Shown here: positions 41,201 through 57,300 of the stretch, piece after piece
Position numbering within the stretch: position 1 is the stretch's first letter
How the letters are laid out: each line of letters begins with the position of its first letter
The notes under the pieces: model-generated
Databases searched by the model: none
What the model was told of the DNA's origin: nothing
What the model saw: the letters and a program-made list of their open reading frames with translations, nothing else
Translations under genes and position numbers: made by a program
Assembly (NCBI GenBank): GCA_964016885.1
Contig: OZ024743.1
Location: forward strand, 211,482,001-211,546,000
Reading direction: 5' to 3'
Source: Eledone cirrhosa
Lineage: Eukaryota
DNA length: 64,000 bases

Positions 41201-42399
41201 GGATTACTGCATATATGTCATATATACAGGATTACTGGATATATGTCATATATACCAAGATTTTTGGATATATGTCATATATACCAGGATTACTGGATAT
41301 ATGTCATATATACCAGGATTACTGGATATATCTCATATATACCAGGATTACTGGATATATGTCATATATACCAGGATTACTGGATATATCTCATATGCCA
41401 GGATTACTGGATATATCTCATATACCAGGATTATTGGATATATCTCATATATCAGGATTACTGGATATATCTCATATACCAGGATTACTGGATATATATC
41501 ATATATACCAGGATTACTGGATATATGTCATATACCAGGATTACTAGATATATCTCATATATACCAGGATTACTGGATATATGACATACATACCAGGATT
41601 ATTAGATATATGTCATATATACCAGGATTACTGGATATATCTCATATATACCAGGATTACTGGATATATGTCATATATACCAGGATTATTGGATATATGT
41701 CATATATACCAGGATTACTGGATATGTGTCATATATACCAGGATTACTGGATATATGTCATATATACGAGGATTACTGGATATATGTCATATATACCAAG
41801 ATTATTGGATATATGTCATATATACCAGGATTACTGGATATATGTCATATTTACAATGAATAATGGATATTACTGGATATATGTCATATATACCAGGATT
41901 ACTGGATATATGTCATATATACCAGGATTACTGGATATAAGTCATATATACCTGGATTACTGGATATATGTCATATATACCAGGATTACTGGATATATGT
42001 CATATATACCAGGAACACTGGATATATGTCATATATACCAGGAGTACTGGATATATCTCATATATACCAGGATTACTGGATATATGTCATATATACCAGG
42101 ATTACTGGATATAACTCATATACCAGGATTACTGTATATATCTCATATACCAGGATTACTGGATATATATCATATATACCAGGATTACTGGATATATGTC
42201 ATATACCAGGATTACTGGATATATCTCATATATACCAGGATTACTGGATATATGACATATATACCAGGATTATTAGATATATGTCATATATACCAGGATT
42301 ATTGGATATATGTCATATATACGAGGATTACTGGATATATGTCGTATATACCAGGATTATTGGTTATATGTCATATATACCAGGATTACTGGATATATG

Positions 42400-45300
42400 T
42401 CATATATACCAGGATTACTGGATATATCTCATATATACCAGGATTACTGGATATATGTCATATATACCAGGATTACTGGATATATGTCATATATACCAGG
42501 ATTTCTGGATATATCTCATATATACCAGGATTACTGGATATATGTCATATATCCAGTAATACTAGTATATATGACATATATACCAGGATTACTGGATATA
42601 TGTCATATATACCAGGATTACTGGATATATGTCATATATAGCAGGATTACTGCATATATGTCATATATACAGGATTACTGGATATATGTCATATATACCA
42701 AGATTTTTGGATATATGTCATATATACCAGGATTACTGGATATATGTCATATATACTAGGATTACTGGATATATGTCATATATACAAGGTTTACTGAATA
42801 TATGTCATATATACCAGGATTACTGGATATATGTCATATATACCAGGATTACTAGATATATCTCATATAGACCAGGATTACTGGATATATGTCATATATA
42901 CCAGGATTACTGGATATATCTCATATATACCAGGATTACTGGATATATGTCATATATACCAAAATGACTGAATATAGCTCATATATACCAGGATTACTGG
43001 ATATATGTCATGTATATCAGGATTACTGGATATATCTCACATATACCAGGATTACTGGATATATGTCATATATACCAGGAATACTGGATATATGTCATAT
43101 ATACCAGGATTACTGGATATATCTCATATATACCAGGATTACTGGAGATATGTCATATATACCAGGAATACTGGATATATGTCATATATACCAGGATTAC
43201 TGGATATATCTCATATATACCAGGATTACTGGATATATGTCATATATACCAGGATTACTGGATATATGTCATATATACCTGGATTACTGGATATATGTCA
43301 TATATACAGGATTACTGGATATATGTCATATATACCAGGATTACTGGATATATGTCATATATACCAGGATTACAGGATATATCTCATATACCAGGATTAC
43401 TGGATATATCTCATATACCAGGATTACTGGATATATCTCATATACCAGGATTATTGGATATATATCATATATACCAGGATTACTGGATATATGTCATATA
43501 TACCAGGATTACTGGTTATATGTCATACATACTAGGATTACTGGATATGTCATATATACCAGGATTACTGGATATATGTCATATATACCAGGATTACTGG
43601 ATATATGTCATATATACCAGGATTACTGGATATATGTCATATATACCAGGATTACTGGATATATGTCATATATACTTGGATTTTTGGATATATGTCATAT
43701 ATACCAGAATTACTGGATATATGTCATATATACCAGGATTACTGGATATATCTCACATATACTAGGATTACTGGATTTATGTCATATATACCAGGAATAC
43801 TCGATATATGTCATATATACCAGGATTACTGGATATATCTCATATATACCAGGATTACTGGATATATGTCATATATACCATGAATACTGGATATATGTCA
43901 TATAGACCAGGATTACTGGATATATGTCATATATACCAGGATTACTAGATATATGTCATATATACAAGGATTACTGGATATATGTCATATATACCAGGAT
44001 TACTGGATATATGTCATATATACCAGAATTACTGGATATATGTCATATATACCAGGAATACTGGATATATGTCATATATACCAGGATTACTGGATATATC
44101 TCATATATACCAGGATTACTGGATATATGTCATATATACCAGGATTAATGAATATATGTCATATATACTAGGATTACTGGATATGTCATATATACCAGGA
44201 TTACTGGATATATGTCATATATTCTAGGATTACTGGATATGTCATATATACCAGGATTACAGGATATATGTCATATATACCAGGATTACTGGATATATGT
44301 CATATATACTAGGATTACTGGATATATCTGATATATACCAGGATTACTGGATATATGTCATATATAACAGGATTACTGGATATAAGTCATATATACCAGG
44401 ATTACTGGATATATCTCATATATACCAGGATTACTGGATATATGTCATATATACCAGGATTACTGGATATATGTCATATATACCAGGAATACTGGATATA
44501 TGTCGTATATACCAGGATTACTGGATATATGTCATATATACCAGGATTACTGGATATATGTCATATATACCTGGATTACTGATATATGTCATATATACCA
44601 GGATTACTGAATATATGTTATATATACCAGGAATACTGGATATATGTCATATATAACAGGATTACTGGATATGTCTCATATATAGAAGGATTACTGGATA
44701 TATGTCATATATACCAGGATTACTGGATATATCTCATATACCAGGATTACTGGATATATCTCATATACCAGGATTACTGGATATATATCATATATACCAG
44801 GATTACTGGATATATGTCATATACCAGGATTACTGGATATATCTCAGATATACCAGAATTACTGGATATATGACATATATACCAGGATTATTAGCTATAT
44901 GTCATATAAACCAGGATTACTGGATATGTCATATATACCAGGATTACTGGATATATGTCATATATACTAGGATTACTGGATATGTCATATATACCAGGAT
45001 TACTGGATATATGTCATATATACCAGGATTACTGGATATATGTCATATATCCAGTAATCCTAGTATATATGACATATATACCAGGATTTCTGGATATATG
45101 TCATATATCCAGTAATCCTAGTATATATGACATATATACCAGGATTACTGGATATATGTCATATACCAGGATTACTGGATATATCTCAGATATACCAGGA
45201 TTACTGGATATATGTCATATATACCAGGATTAGTGGATATATGTCATATACACCAGGATTACTGGATATATCTCATACATACCAGGATTAATGGATATAT

Positions 45301-48300
45301 GTCATATATACCAGGATTACTGGATATATGTCATATATTCCAAGATTACTGGATATATCTCATATAAACCAGGATTACTGGATATGTGTCATATATACCA
45401 GGATTACTGGATATATGTCATATATACCAGGATTAGTGGATATATGTCATATATACCAGGATTACTGGATATATCTCATACATACCAGGATTACTGGATA
45501 TATGTCATATATACCAGGATTACTGGATATATGTCATATATACCAGGAATACTGGATATATGTCATATATACCAGGATTACTGGATATATGTCATATATA
45601 CCAGGATTACCGGATATATGTCATATATACCAGGATTACTGGATATATGTCATATAGACTAGGATTACTAGATATATGTCATATGTACCAGGATTACTGG
45701 ATATATGCCATATATACCAGGATTACTGGATATATCTCATATATACCAGGATTACTGGATATATTCTTATATATACCAAGAATACTGGATATATGTCATA
45801 TATACCAGGATTACTGGATATATGTCATATATACCAAGATTACTGGATATATGTCATATATACCAGGATTACTGGATATATCCCATATATACCAGGATTA
45901 CTGGATATATGTCATATATACCAAGAATACTCGATATATGTCATATATACCAGGATTACTGGATATATGTCATATATACCAAGATTACTGGATATATGTC
46001 ATATATACCAGGATTACTGGATATATCCCATATATACCAGGATTACTGGATATATGTCATATATACCAGGATTACTGGATATATGTCATATATACCAGGA
46101 TTTCTGGATATATCTCATATATACCAGGATTACTGGATATATGTCATATATCCAGTAATACTAGTATATATGACATATATACCAGGATTACTGGATATAT
46201 GTCATATATACCAGGATTACTGGATATATGTCATATATAGCAGGATTACTGCATATATGTCATATATACAGGATTACTGGATATATGTCATATATACCAA
46301 GATTTTTGGATATATGTCATATATACCAGGATTACTGGATATATGTCATATATACTAGGATTACTGGATATATGTCATATATACAAGGTTTACTGGATAT
46401 ATGTCATATATACCAGGATTACTGGATATATGTCATATATACCAGGATTACTAGATATATCTCATATAGACCAGGATTACTGGATATATGTCATATATAC
46501 CAGGATTACTGGATATATCTCATATATACCAGGATTACTGGATATATGTCATATATACCAAAATGACTGAATATAGCTCATATATACCAGGATTACTGGA
46601 TATATGTCATGTATATCAGGATTACTGGATATATCTCACATATACCAGGATTACTGGATATATGTCATATATACCAGGAATACTGGATATATGTCATATA
46701 TACCAGGATTACTGGATATATCTCATATATACCAGGATTACTGGAGATATGTCATATATACCAGGAATACTGGATATATGTCATATATACCAGGATTACT
46801 GGATATATCTCATATATACCAGGATTACTGGATATATGTCATATATACCAGGATTACTGGATATATGTCATATATACCTGGATTACTGGATATATGTCAT
46901 ATATACAGGATTACTGGATATATGTCATATATACCAGGATTACTGGATATATATCATATATACCAGGATTACAGGATATATCTCATATACCAGGATTACT
47001 GGATATATCTCATATACCAGGATTACTGGATATATCTCATATACCAGGATTATTGGATATATATCATATATACCAGGATTACTGGATATATGTCATATAT
47101 ACCAGGATTACTGGTTATATGTCATACATACTAGGATTACTGGATATGTCATATATACCAGGATTACTGGATATATGTCATATATACCAGGATTACTGGA
47201 TATATGTCATATATACCAGGATTACTGGATATATGTCATATATACCAGGATTACTGGATATATGTCATATATACTTGGATTACTTGATATATGTCATATA
47301 TACCAGAATTACTGGATATATGTCATATATACCAGGATTACTGGATATATCTCACATATACCAGGATTACTGGATATATGTCATATATACCAGGAATACT
47401 GGATATATGTCATATATACCAGGATTACTGGATATATCTCATATATACCAGGATTACTGGATATATGTCATATATACCATGAATACTGGATATATGTGAT
47501 ATAGACCAGGATTACTGGATATATGTCATATATACCAGGATTACTAGATATATGTCATATATACAAGGATTACTGGATATATGTCATATATACCAGGATT
47601 ACTGGATATATGTCATATATACCAGAATTACTGGATATATGTCATATATACCAGGAATACTGGATATATGTCATATATACCAGGATTACTGGATATGTCT
47701 CATATATACCAGGAATACTGGTTATATGTCATATATACCAGGATTACTGGATATGTCTCATATATAGCAGGATTACTGGATATATCTCATATACCAGGAT
47801 TACTGGATATATGTCATATATACTAGGATTACTGGATATATCTGATATATACCAGGATTACTGGATATATGTCATATATAACAGGATTACTGGATATAAG
47901 TCATATATACCAGGATTACTGGATATATCTCATATATACCAGGATTACTGGATATATGTCATATATACCAGGATTACTGGATATATGTTATATATACCAG
48001 GAATACTGGATATATGTCGTATATACCAGGATTACTGGATATATGTCATATATACCAGGATTACTGGATATATGTCATATATACCTGGATTACTGATATA
48101 TGTCATATATACCAGGATTACTGAATATATGTTATATATACCAGGAATACTGGATATATGTCATATATAACAGGATTACTGGATATGTCTCATATATAGA
48201 AGCATTACTGGATATATGTCATATATACCAGGATTACTGGATATATCTCATATACCAGGATTACTGGATATATCTCATATACCAGAATTACTGGATATAT

Positions 48301-49300
48301 CTCATATACCAGGATTACTGGATATATATCATATATACCAGGATTACTGGATATATGTCATATACCAGGATTACTGGATATATCTCAGATATACCAGAAT
48401 TACTGGATATATGACATATATACCAGGATTACTGGATATGTCATATATACCAGGATTACTGGATATATGTCATATATACTAGGATTACTGGATATGTCAT
48501 ATATACCAGGATTACTGGATATATGTCATATATACCAGGATTACTGGATATATGTCATATATCCAGTAATCCTAGTATATATGACATATATACCAGGATT
48601 TCTGGATATATGTCATATATCCAGCAATCCTAGTATATATGACATATATACCAGGATTACTGGATATATGTCATATACCAGGATTACTGGATATATCTCA
48701 GATATACCAGGATTACTGGATATATGTCATATATACCAGGATTAGTGGATATATGTCATATACACCAGGATTACTGGATATATCTCATACATACCAGGAT
48801 TAATGGATATATGTCATATATACCAGGATTACTGGATATATGTCATATATTCCAAGATTACTGGATATATCTCATATAAACCAGGATTACTGGATATGTG
48901 TCATATATACCAGGATTACTGGATATATGTCATATATACCAGGATTAGTGGATATATGTCATATATACCAGGATTACTGGATATATCTCATACATACCAG
49001 GATTACTGGATATATGTCATATATACCAGGATTACTGGATATATGTCATATATACCAGGAATACTGGATATATGTCATATATACCAGGATTACTGGATAT
49101 ATGTCATATATACCAGGATTACCGGATATATGTCATATATACCAGGATTACTGGATATATGTCATATAGACTAGGATTACTAGATATATGTCATATGTAC
49201 CAGGATTACTGGATATATGCCATATATACCAGGATTACTGGATATATCTCATATATACCAGGATTACTGGATATCCTGGTATATATGAGATATATCCAGT
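42400..49300. repeat. About 3.5-3.6 kb HOR of the 29-mer (two copies); boundaries approximate
   Basis: AAAATGACTGAATATAGCTC at 42961 and 46560 (3599). Inverted monomer at 42553 and 46152 (3599). Inverted doublets at 45051 and 48563 (3512). The ORF track shows the same offsets (42889/46488 and 44955/48467). Confidence 0.88.
45007..45079. other. Near-perfect 73-bp palindrome (36-bp arms, 1-nt spacer) formed by a reverse-oriented 29-mer
   Basis: The left arm 45007-45042 ATATATGTCATATATACCAGGATTACTGGATATATG and right arm 45044-45079 CATATATCCAGTAATCCTAGTATATATGACATATAT are reverse complements except for one mismatch at 45062. Confidence 0.93.
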
Positions 49301-49303
49301 AAT
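49234..49303. other. Perfect 31-bp inverted repeat with an 8-nt spacer (fold-back)
   Basis: 49234-49264 ATTACTGGATATATCTCATATATACCAGGAT is the exact reverse complement of 49273-49303 ATCCTGGTATATATGAGATATATCCAGTAAT. Confidence 0.95.
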
Positions 49304-51399
49304 TACTGGATATATGTCATATATACCAAGATTACTGGATATATGTCATATATACCAGGATTACTGATATATCCCATATATACCAGGATTACTGGATATA
49401 TGTCATATATACCAGGAATACTGGATATATGTCATATATACCAGGATTACTGGATATATCTCATATATACCAGGATTACTGAATATATGTCATATATACC
49501 AGGAATGCTGTATATATGTCATATATACAAGGATTACTGGATATATGTCATATATACCAGGATTACTGGATATATCTCATATGCCAGGATTACTGGATAT
49601 ATCTCATATACCAGGATTATTGGATATATCTCATATATCAGGATTAATGGATATATCTCATATGCCAGGATTACTGGATATATATCATATATAGCAGGAT
49701 TACTGGATATATGTCATATACCAGGATTACTAGATATATCTCATATATACCAGGATTACTGGATATATGTCATATGTACCAGGATTACTGGATATATGTC
49801 ATATATACCTGGATTACTGGATATATGTCATATATACAGGATTACTGGATATATGTCATATATACCAGGATTACTGGATATATCTCATATATACCAGGAT
49901 TACTGGATATATGTCATATATACCAGGATTACAGGATATATCATATATACCAGGATTACTGGATATATGTCATATACCAGGATTACTGGATATATCTCAT
50001 ATATACCAAGATTACTGGATATATGACATATATACCAGGATTATTAGATATATGTCATATATACCAGGATTACTGGATATATGTAATATATACCAGGATT
50101 ACTGGATATATGTCATACATACTAGGATTACTGGATATGTCATATATACCAGGATTACTGGATATATGTCATATATACCAGATTACTGGATATATGTCAT
50201 ATATACCAGGATTACTGGATATATGTCATATATACCAGGATTACTGGATATATGTCATATATACTTGGATTTCTGGATATATGTCATATATACCAGAATT
50301 ACTGGATATATGTCATATATACCAGGATTACTGGATATATCTCACATATACTAGGATTACTGGATTTATGTCATATATACCAGGAATACTGGATATATGT
50401 CATATATACCAGGATTACTGGATATATCTCATATATACCAGGATTACTGGATATATGTCATATATACCATGAATACTGGATATATGTCATATAGACCAGG
50501 ATTACTGGATATATGTCATATATACCAGGATTACTAGATATATGTCATATATACAAGGATTACTGGATATATGTCATATATACCAGGATTACTGGATATA
50601 TGTCATATATACCAGAATTACTGGATATATGTCATATATACCAGGAATACTGGATATATGTCATATATACCAGGATTACTGGATATATCTCATATATACC
50701 AGGATTACTGGATATATGTCATATATACCAGGATTAATGAATATATGTCATATATACTAGGATTACTGGATATGTCATATATACCAGGATTACTGGATAT
50801 ATGTCATATATTCTAGGATTACTGGATATGTCATATATACCAGGATTACAGGATATATGTCATATATACCAGGATTACTGGATATATGTCATATATACTA
50901 GGATTACTGGATATATCTGATATATACCAGAATTACTGGATATATGTCATATATAACAGGATTACTGGATATAAGTCATATATACCAGGATTACTGGATA
51001 TATCTCATATATACCAGGATTACTGGATATATGTCATATATACCAGGATTACTGGATATATGTTATATATACCAGGAATACTGGATATATGTCGTATATA
51101 CCAGGATTACTGTATATATGTCATATATACCAGGATTACTGGATATATGTCATATATACCTGGATTACTGATATATGTCATATATACCAGGATTACTGAA
51201 TATATGTTATATATACCAGGAATACTGGATATATGTCATATATAAGAGGATTACTGGATATGTCTCATATATAGAAGGATTACTGGATATATGTCATATA
51301 TACCAGGATTACTGGATATATCTCATATACCAGGATTACTGGATATATCTCATATACCAGAATTACTGGATATATCTCATATACCAGGATTACTGGATA

Positions 51400-54300
51400 T
51401 ATATCATATATACCAGGATTACTGGATATATGTCATATATCCAGTAATCCTAGTATATATGACATATATACCAGGATTTCTGGATATATGTCATATATCC
51501 AGTAATCCTAGTATATATGACATATATACCAGGATTACTGGATATATGTCATATACCAGGATTACTGGATATATCTCAGATATACTAGGATTACTGGATA
51601 TATGTCATATATACCAGGATTAGTGGATATATGTCATATACACCAGGATTACTGGATATATCTCATACATACCAGGATTACTGGATATATGTCATATATA
51701 CCAGAATTACTGGATATATGTCATATATACCAGGATTACTGGATATATCTCATATATACCAGGATTACTGGATATATGTCATATATACCAGGTTTACTGG
51801 ATATATGTCATATATACCAGGATTAGTGGATATATGTCATATATATCAGGATTACTGGATATATTCATATATACCAGGATTACTGGATATATTCTTATAT
51901 ATACCAAGAATACTGGATATATGTCATATATACCAGGATTACTGGATATATGTCATTTATACCAAGATTACTGGATATATGTCATATATACCAGGATTAC
52001 TGGATATATCCCATATATACCAGGATTACTGGATATATGTCATATATACCAGGAATACTGGATATATGTCATATATACCAGGATTACTGGATATATCTCA
52101 CATATACCAGGATTACTGGATATATGTCATATATACCAGGAATACTGGAATATGTCATATATACCAGGATTACTGGATATATCTCATATATACCAGGATT
52201 ACTGAATATATGTCATATATAGCAGGAATTACTGTATATATGTCATATATACCAGGATTACTGGATATATGTCATATATACCAGGATTACTGGATATATC
52301 TCATATGCCAGGATTACTGGATATATCTCATATACCAGGATTATTGGATATATCTCATATATCAGGATTAATGGATATATCTCATATACCAGGATTACTG
52401 GATATATATCATATATACCAGGATTACTGGATATATGTCATATACCAGGATTACTAGATATATCTCATATATACCAGGATTACTGGATATATGTCATATG
52501 TACCAGGATTACTGGATATATGTCATATATACCAGGATTACTGGATATATCTCATATATACCAGGATTACTGGATATATGTCATATATACCAGGATTACA
52601 GGATATATCTCATATACCAGGATTACTGGATATATCTCATATACCAGGATTACTGGATATATCTCATATACCAGGATTACTGGATATATATCATATATAC
52701 CAGGATTACTGGATATATGTCATATACCAGGATTACTGGATATATCTCATATATACCAAGATTACTGGATATATGACATATATACCAGGATTATTAGATA
52801 TATGTCATATATACCAGGATTACTGGATATATGTAATATATACCAGGATTACTGGATATATGTCATACATACTAGGATTACTGGATATGTCATATATACC
52901 AGGATTACTGGATATATGTCATATATACCAGGATTACTGGATATATGTCATATATACCAGGATTACTGGATATATGTCATATATACCAGGATTACTGGAT
53001 ATATGTCATATATACTTGGATTACTTGATATATGTCATATATACCAGAATTACTGGATATATGTCATATATACCAGGATTACTGGATATATCTCACATAT
53101 ACCAGGATTACTGGATATATGTCATATATACCAGGAATACTGGATATATGTCATATATACCAGGATTACTGGATATATCTCATATATACCAGGATTACTG
53201 GATATATGTCATATATACCATGAATACTGGATATATGTCATATAGACCAGGAATACTGGATATATGTCATATATACCAGGATTACTAGATATATGTCATA
53301 TATACAAGGATTACTGGATATATGTCATATATACCAGGATTACTGGATATATGTCATATATACCAGAATTACTGGATATATGTCATATATACCAGGAATA
53401 CTGGATATATGTCATATATACCAGGATTACTGGATATATCTCATATATACCAGGATTACTGGATATATGTCATATATACCAGTATTAATGAATATATGTC
53501 ATATATACTAGGATTACTGGATATGTCATATATACCAGGATTACTGGATATATGTCATATATTCTAGGATTACTGGATATGTCATATATACCAGGATTAC
53601 AGGATATATGTCATATATACCAGGATTACTGGATATATGTCATATATACCAGGATTACTGGATATATCTCATATATACCAGGATTACTGGATATATGTCA
53701 TATATACCAGGTTTACTGGATATATGTCATATATACCAGGATTAGTGGATATATGTCATATATATCAGGATTACTGGATATATCTCATATATACCAGGAT
53801 TACTGGATATATTCTTATATATACCAAGAATACTGGATATATGTCATATATACCAGGATTACTGGATATATGTCATTTATACCAAGATTACTGGATATAT
53901 GTCATATATACCAGGATTACTGGATATATCCCATATATACCAGGATTACTGGATATATGTCATATATACCAGGAATACTGGATATATGTCATATATACCA
54001 GGATTACTGGATATATCTCACATATACCAGGATAACTGGATATATGTCATATATACCAGGAATACTGGATATATGTCATATATACCAGGATTACTGGATA
54101 TATCTCATATATACCAGGATTACTGAATATATGTCATATATAGCAGGAATACTGTATATATGTCATATATACCAGGATTACTGGATATATGTCATATATA
54201 CCAGGATTACTGGATATATCTCATATGCCAGGATTACTGGATATATCTCATATACCAGGATTATTGGATATATCTCATATATCAGGATTAATGGATATAT

Positions 54301-57300
54301 CTCATATACCAGGATTACTGGATATATATCATATATACCAGGATTACTGGATATATGTCATATACCAGGATTACTAGATATATCTCATATATACAGGATT
54401 ACTGGATATATGTCATATGTACCAGGATTACTGGATATATGTCATATATACCAGGATTACTGGATATATCTCATATATACCAGGATTACTGGATATATGT
54501 CATATATACCAGGATTACAGGATATATCTCATATACCAGGATTACAGGATATATCTCATATACCAGGATTACTGGATATATCTCATATACCAGGATTACT
54601 GGATATATATCATATATACCAGGATTACTGGATATATGTCATATACCAGGATTACTGGATATATCTCATATATACCAAGATTACTGGATATATGACATAT
54701 ATACCAGGATTATTAGATATATGTCATATATACCAGGATTACTGGATATATGTAATATATACCAGGATTACTGGATATATGTCATACATACTAGGATTAC
54801 TGGATATGTCATATATACCAGGATTACTGGATATATGTCATATATACCAGGATTACTGGATATATGTCATATATACCAGGATTACTGGATATATGTCATA
54901 TATACCAGGATTACTGGATATATGTCATATATACTTGGATTACTTGATATATGTCATATATACCAGAATTACTGGATACATGTCATATATACCAGGATTA
55001 CTGGATATATCTCACATATACCAGGATTACTGGATATATGTCATATATACCAGGAATACTGGATATATGTCATATATACCAGGATTACTGGATATATCTC
55101 ATATATACCAGGATTACTGGATATATGTCATATATACCATGAATACTGGATATATGTGATATAGACCAGGATTACTGGATATATGTCATATATACCAGGA
55201 TTACTAGATATATGTCATATATACAAGGATTACTGGATATATGTCATATATACCAGGATTACTGGATATATGTCATATATACCAGAATTACTGGATATAT
55301 GTCATATATACCAGGAATACTGGATGTATGTCATATATACCAGGATTACTGGATATATCTCATATATACCAGGATTACTGGATATATGTCATATATACCA
55401 GGATTAATGAATATATGTCATATATACTAGGATTACTGGATATGTCATATATACCAGGATTACTGGATATATGTCATATATTCTAGGATTACTGGATATG
55501 TCATATATACCAGGATTACAGGATATATGTCATATATACCAGGATTACTGGATATATGTCATATATACTAGGATTACTGGATATATCTGATATATACCAG
55601 GATTACTGGATATATGTCATATATGCCAGGATTACTGGATATATGTCATATATACCTGGATTACTGGATATATGTCATATATACCAGGATTACTGCATAT
55701 ATGTCATATATACCAGGAATACTGGTTATATGTCATATATACCAGGATTACTGGATATGTCTCATATATAGCAGGATTACTGGATATATCTCATATACCA
55801 GGATTACTGGATATATCTCATATACCAGGATTACTGGATATATATCATATATACCAGGATTACTGGATATATGTCATATACCAGGATTACTGGATATATC
55901 TCAGATATACCAGAATTACTGGATATATGACATATATACCAGGATAATTAGATATATGTCATATATACCAGGATTACTGGATATGTCATATATACCAGGA
56001 TTACTGGATATATGTCATATATACTAGGATTACTGGATATGTCATATATACCAGATTACTGGATATATGTCATATAAACCAGGATTACTGGATTATATGT
56101 CATATATCCAGTAATCCTAGTATATATGACATATATACCAGGATTTCTGGATATATGTCATATATCCAGTAATCCTAGTATATATGACATATATACCAGG
56201 ATTACTGGATATATGTCATATACCAGGATTACTGGATATATCTCAGATATACCAGGATTACTGGATATATGTCATATATACCAGGATTAGTGGATATATG
56301 TCATATACACCAGGATTACTGGATATATCTCATACATACCAGGATTACTGGATATATGTCATATATACCAGAATTACTGGATATATGTCATATATACCAG
56401 GATTACTGGATATATCTCATATATACCAGGATTACTGGATATATGTCATATATACCAGGTTTACTGGATATATGTCATATATACCAGGATTAGTGGATAT
56501 ATGTCATATATATCAGGATTACTGGATATATCTCATATATACCAGGATTACTGGATATATTCTTATATATACCAAGAATACTGGATATATGTCATATATA
56601 CCAGGATTACTGGATATATGTCATTTATACCAAGATTACTGGATATATGTCATATATACCAGGATTACTGGATATATCCCATATATACCAGGATTACTGG
56701 ATATATGTCATATATACCAGGAATACTGGATATATGTCATATATACCAGGATTACTGGATATATCTCACATATACCAGGATTACTGGATATATGTCATAT
56801 ATACCAGGAATACTGGATATATGTCATATATACCAGGATTACTGGATATATCTCATATATACCAGGATTACTGAATATATGTCATATATAGCAGGAATAC
56901 TGTATATATGTCATATATACCAGGATTACTGGATATATGTCATTATATACCAGGATTACTGGATATATCTCATATGCCAGATTACTGGATATATCTCATA
57001 TACCAGGATTATTGGATATATCTCATATATCAGGATTAATGGATATATCTCATATACCAGGATTACTGGATATATATCATATATACCAGGATTACTGGAT
57101 ATATGTCATATACCAGGATTACTGGATATATATCATATATACCAGGATTACTGGATATATGTCATATACCAGGATTACTGGATATATCTCATATATACCA
57201 AGATTACTGGATATATGACATATATACCAGGATTATTAGATATATGTCATATATACCAGGATTACTGGATATATGTAATATATACCAGGATTACTGGATA

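Noticed and set aside
41575-41590. Isolated GAC (for GTC) variants as single-base loop inversions
   Set aside because: They cannot be distinguished from an ordinary T>A substitution. I counted them as template-switch evidence only where they are linked to the flipped CCAGTAAT loop.
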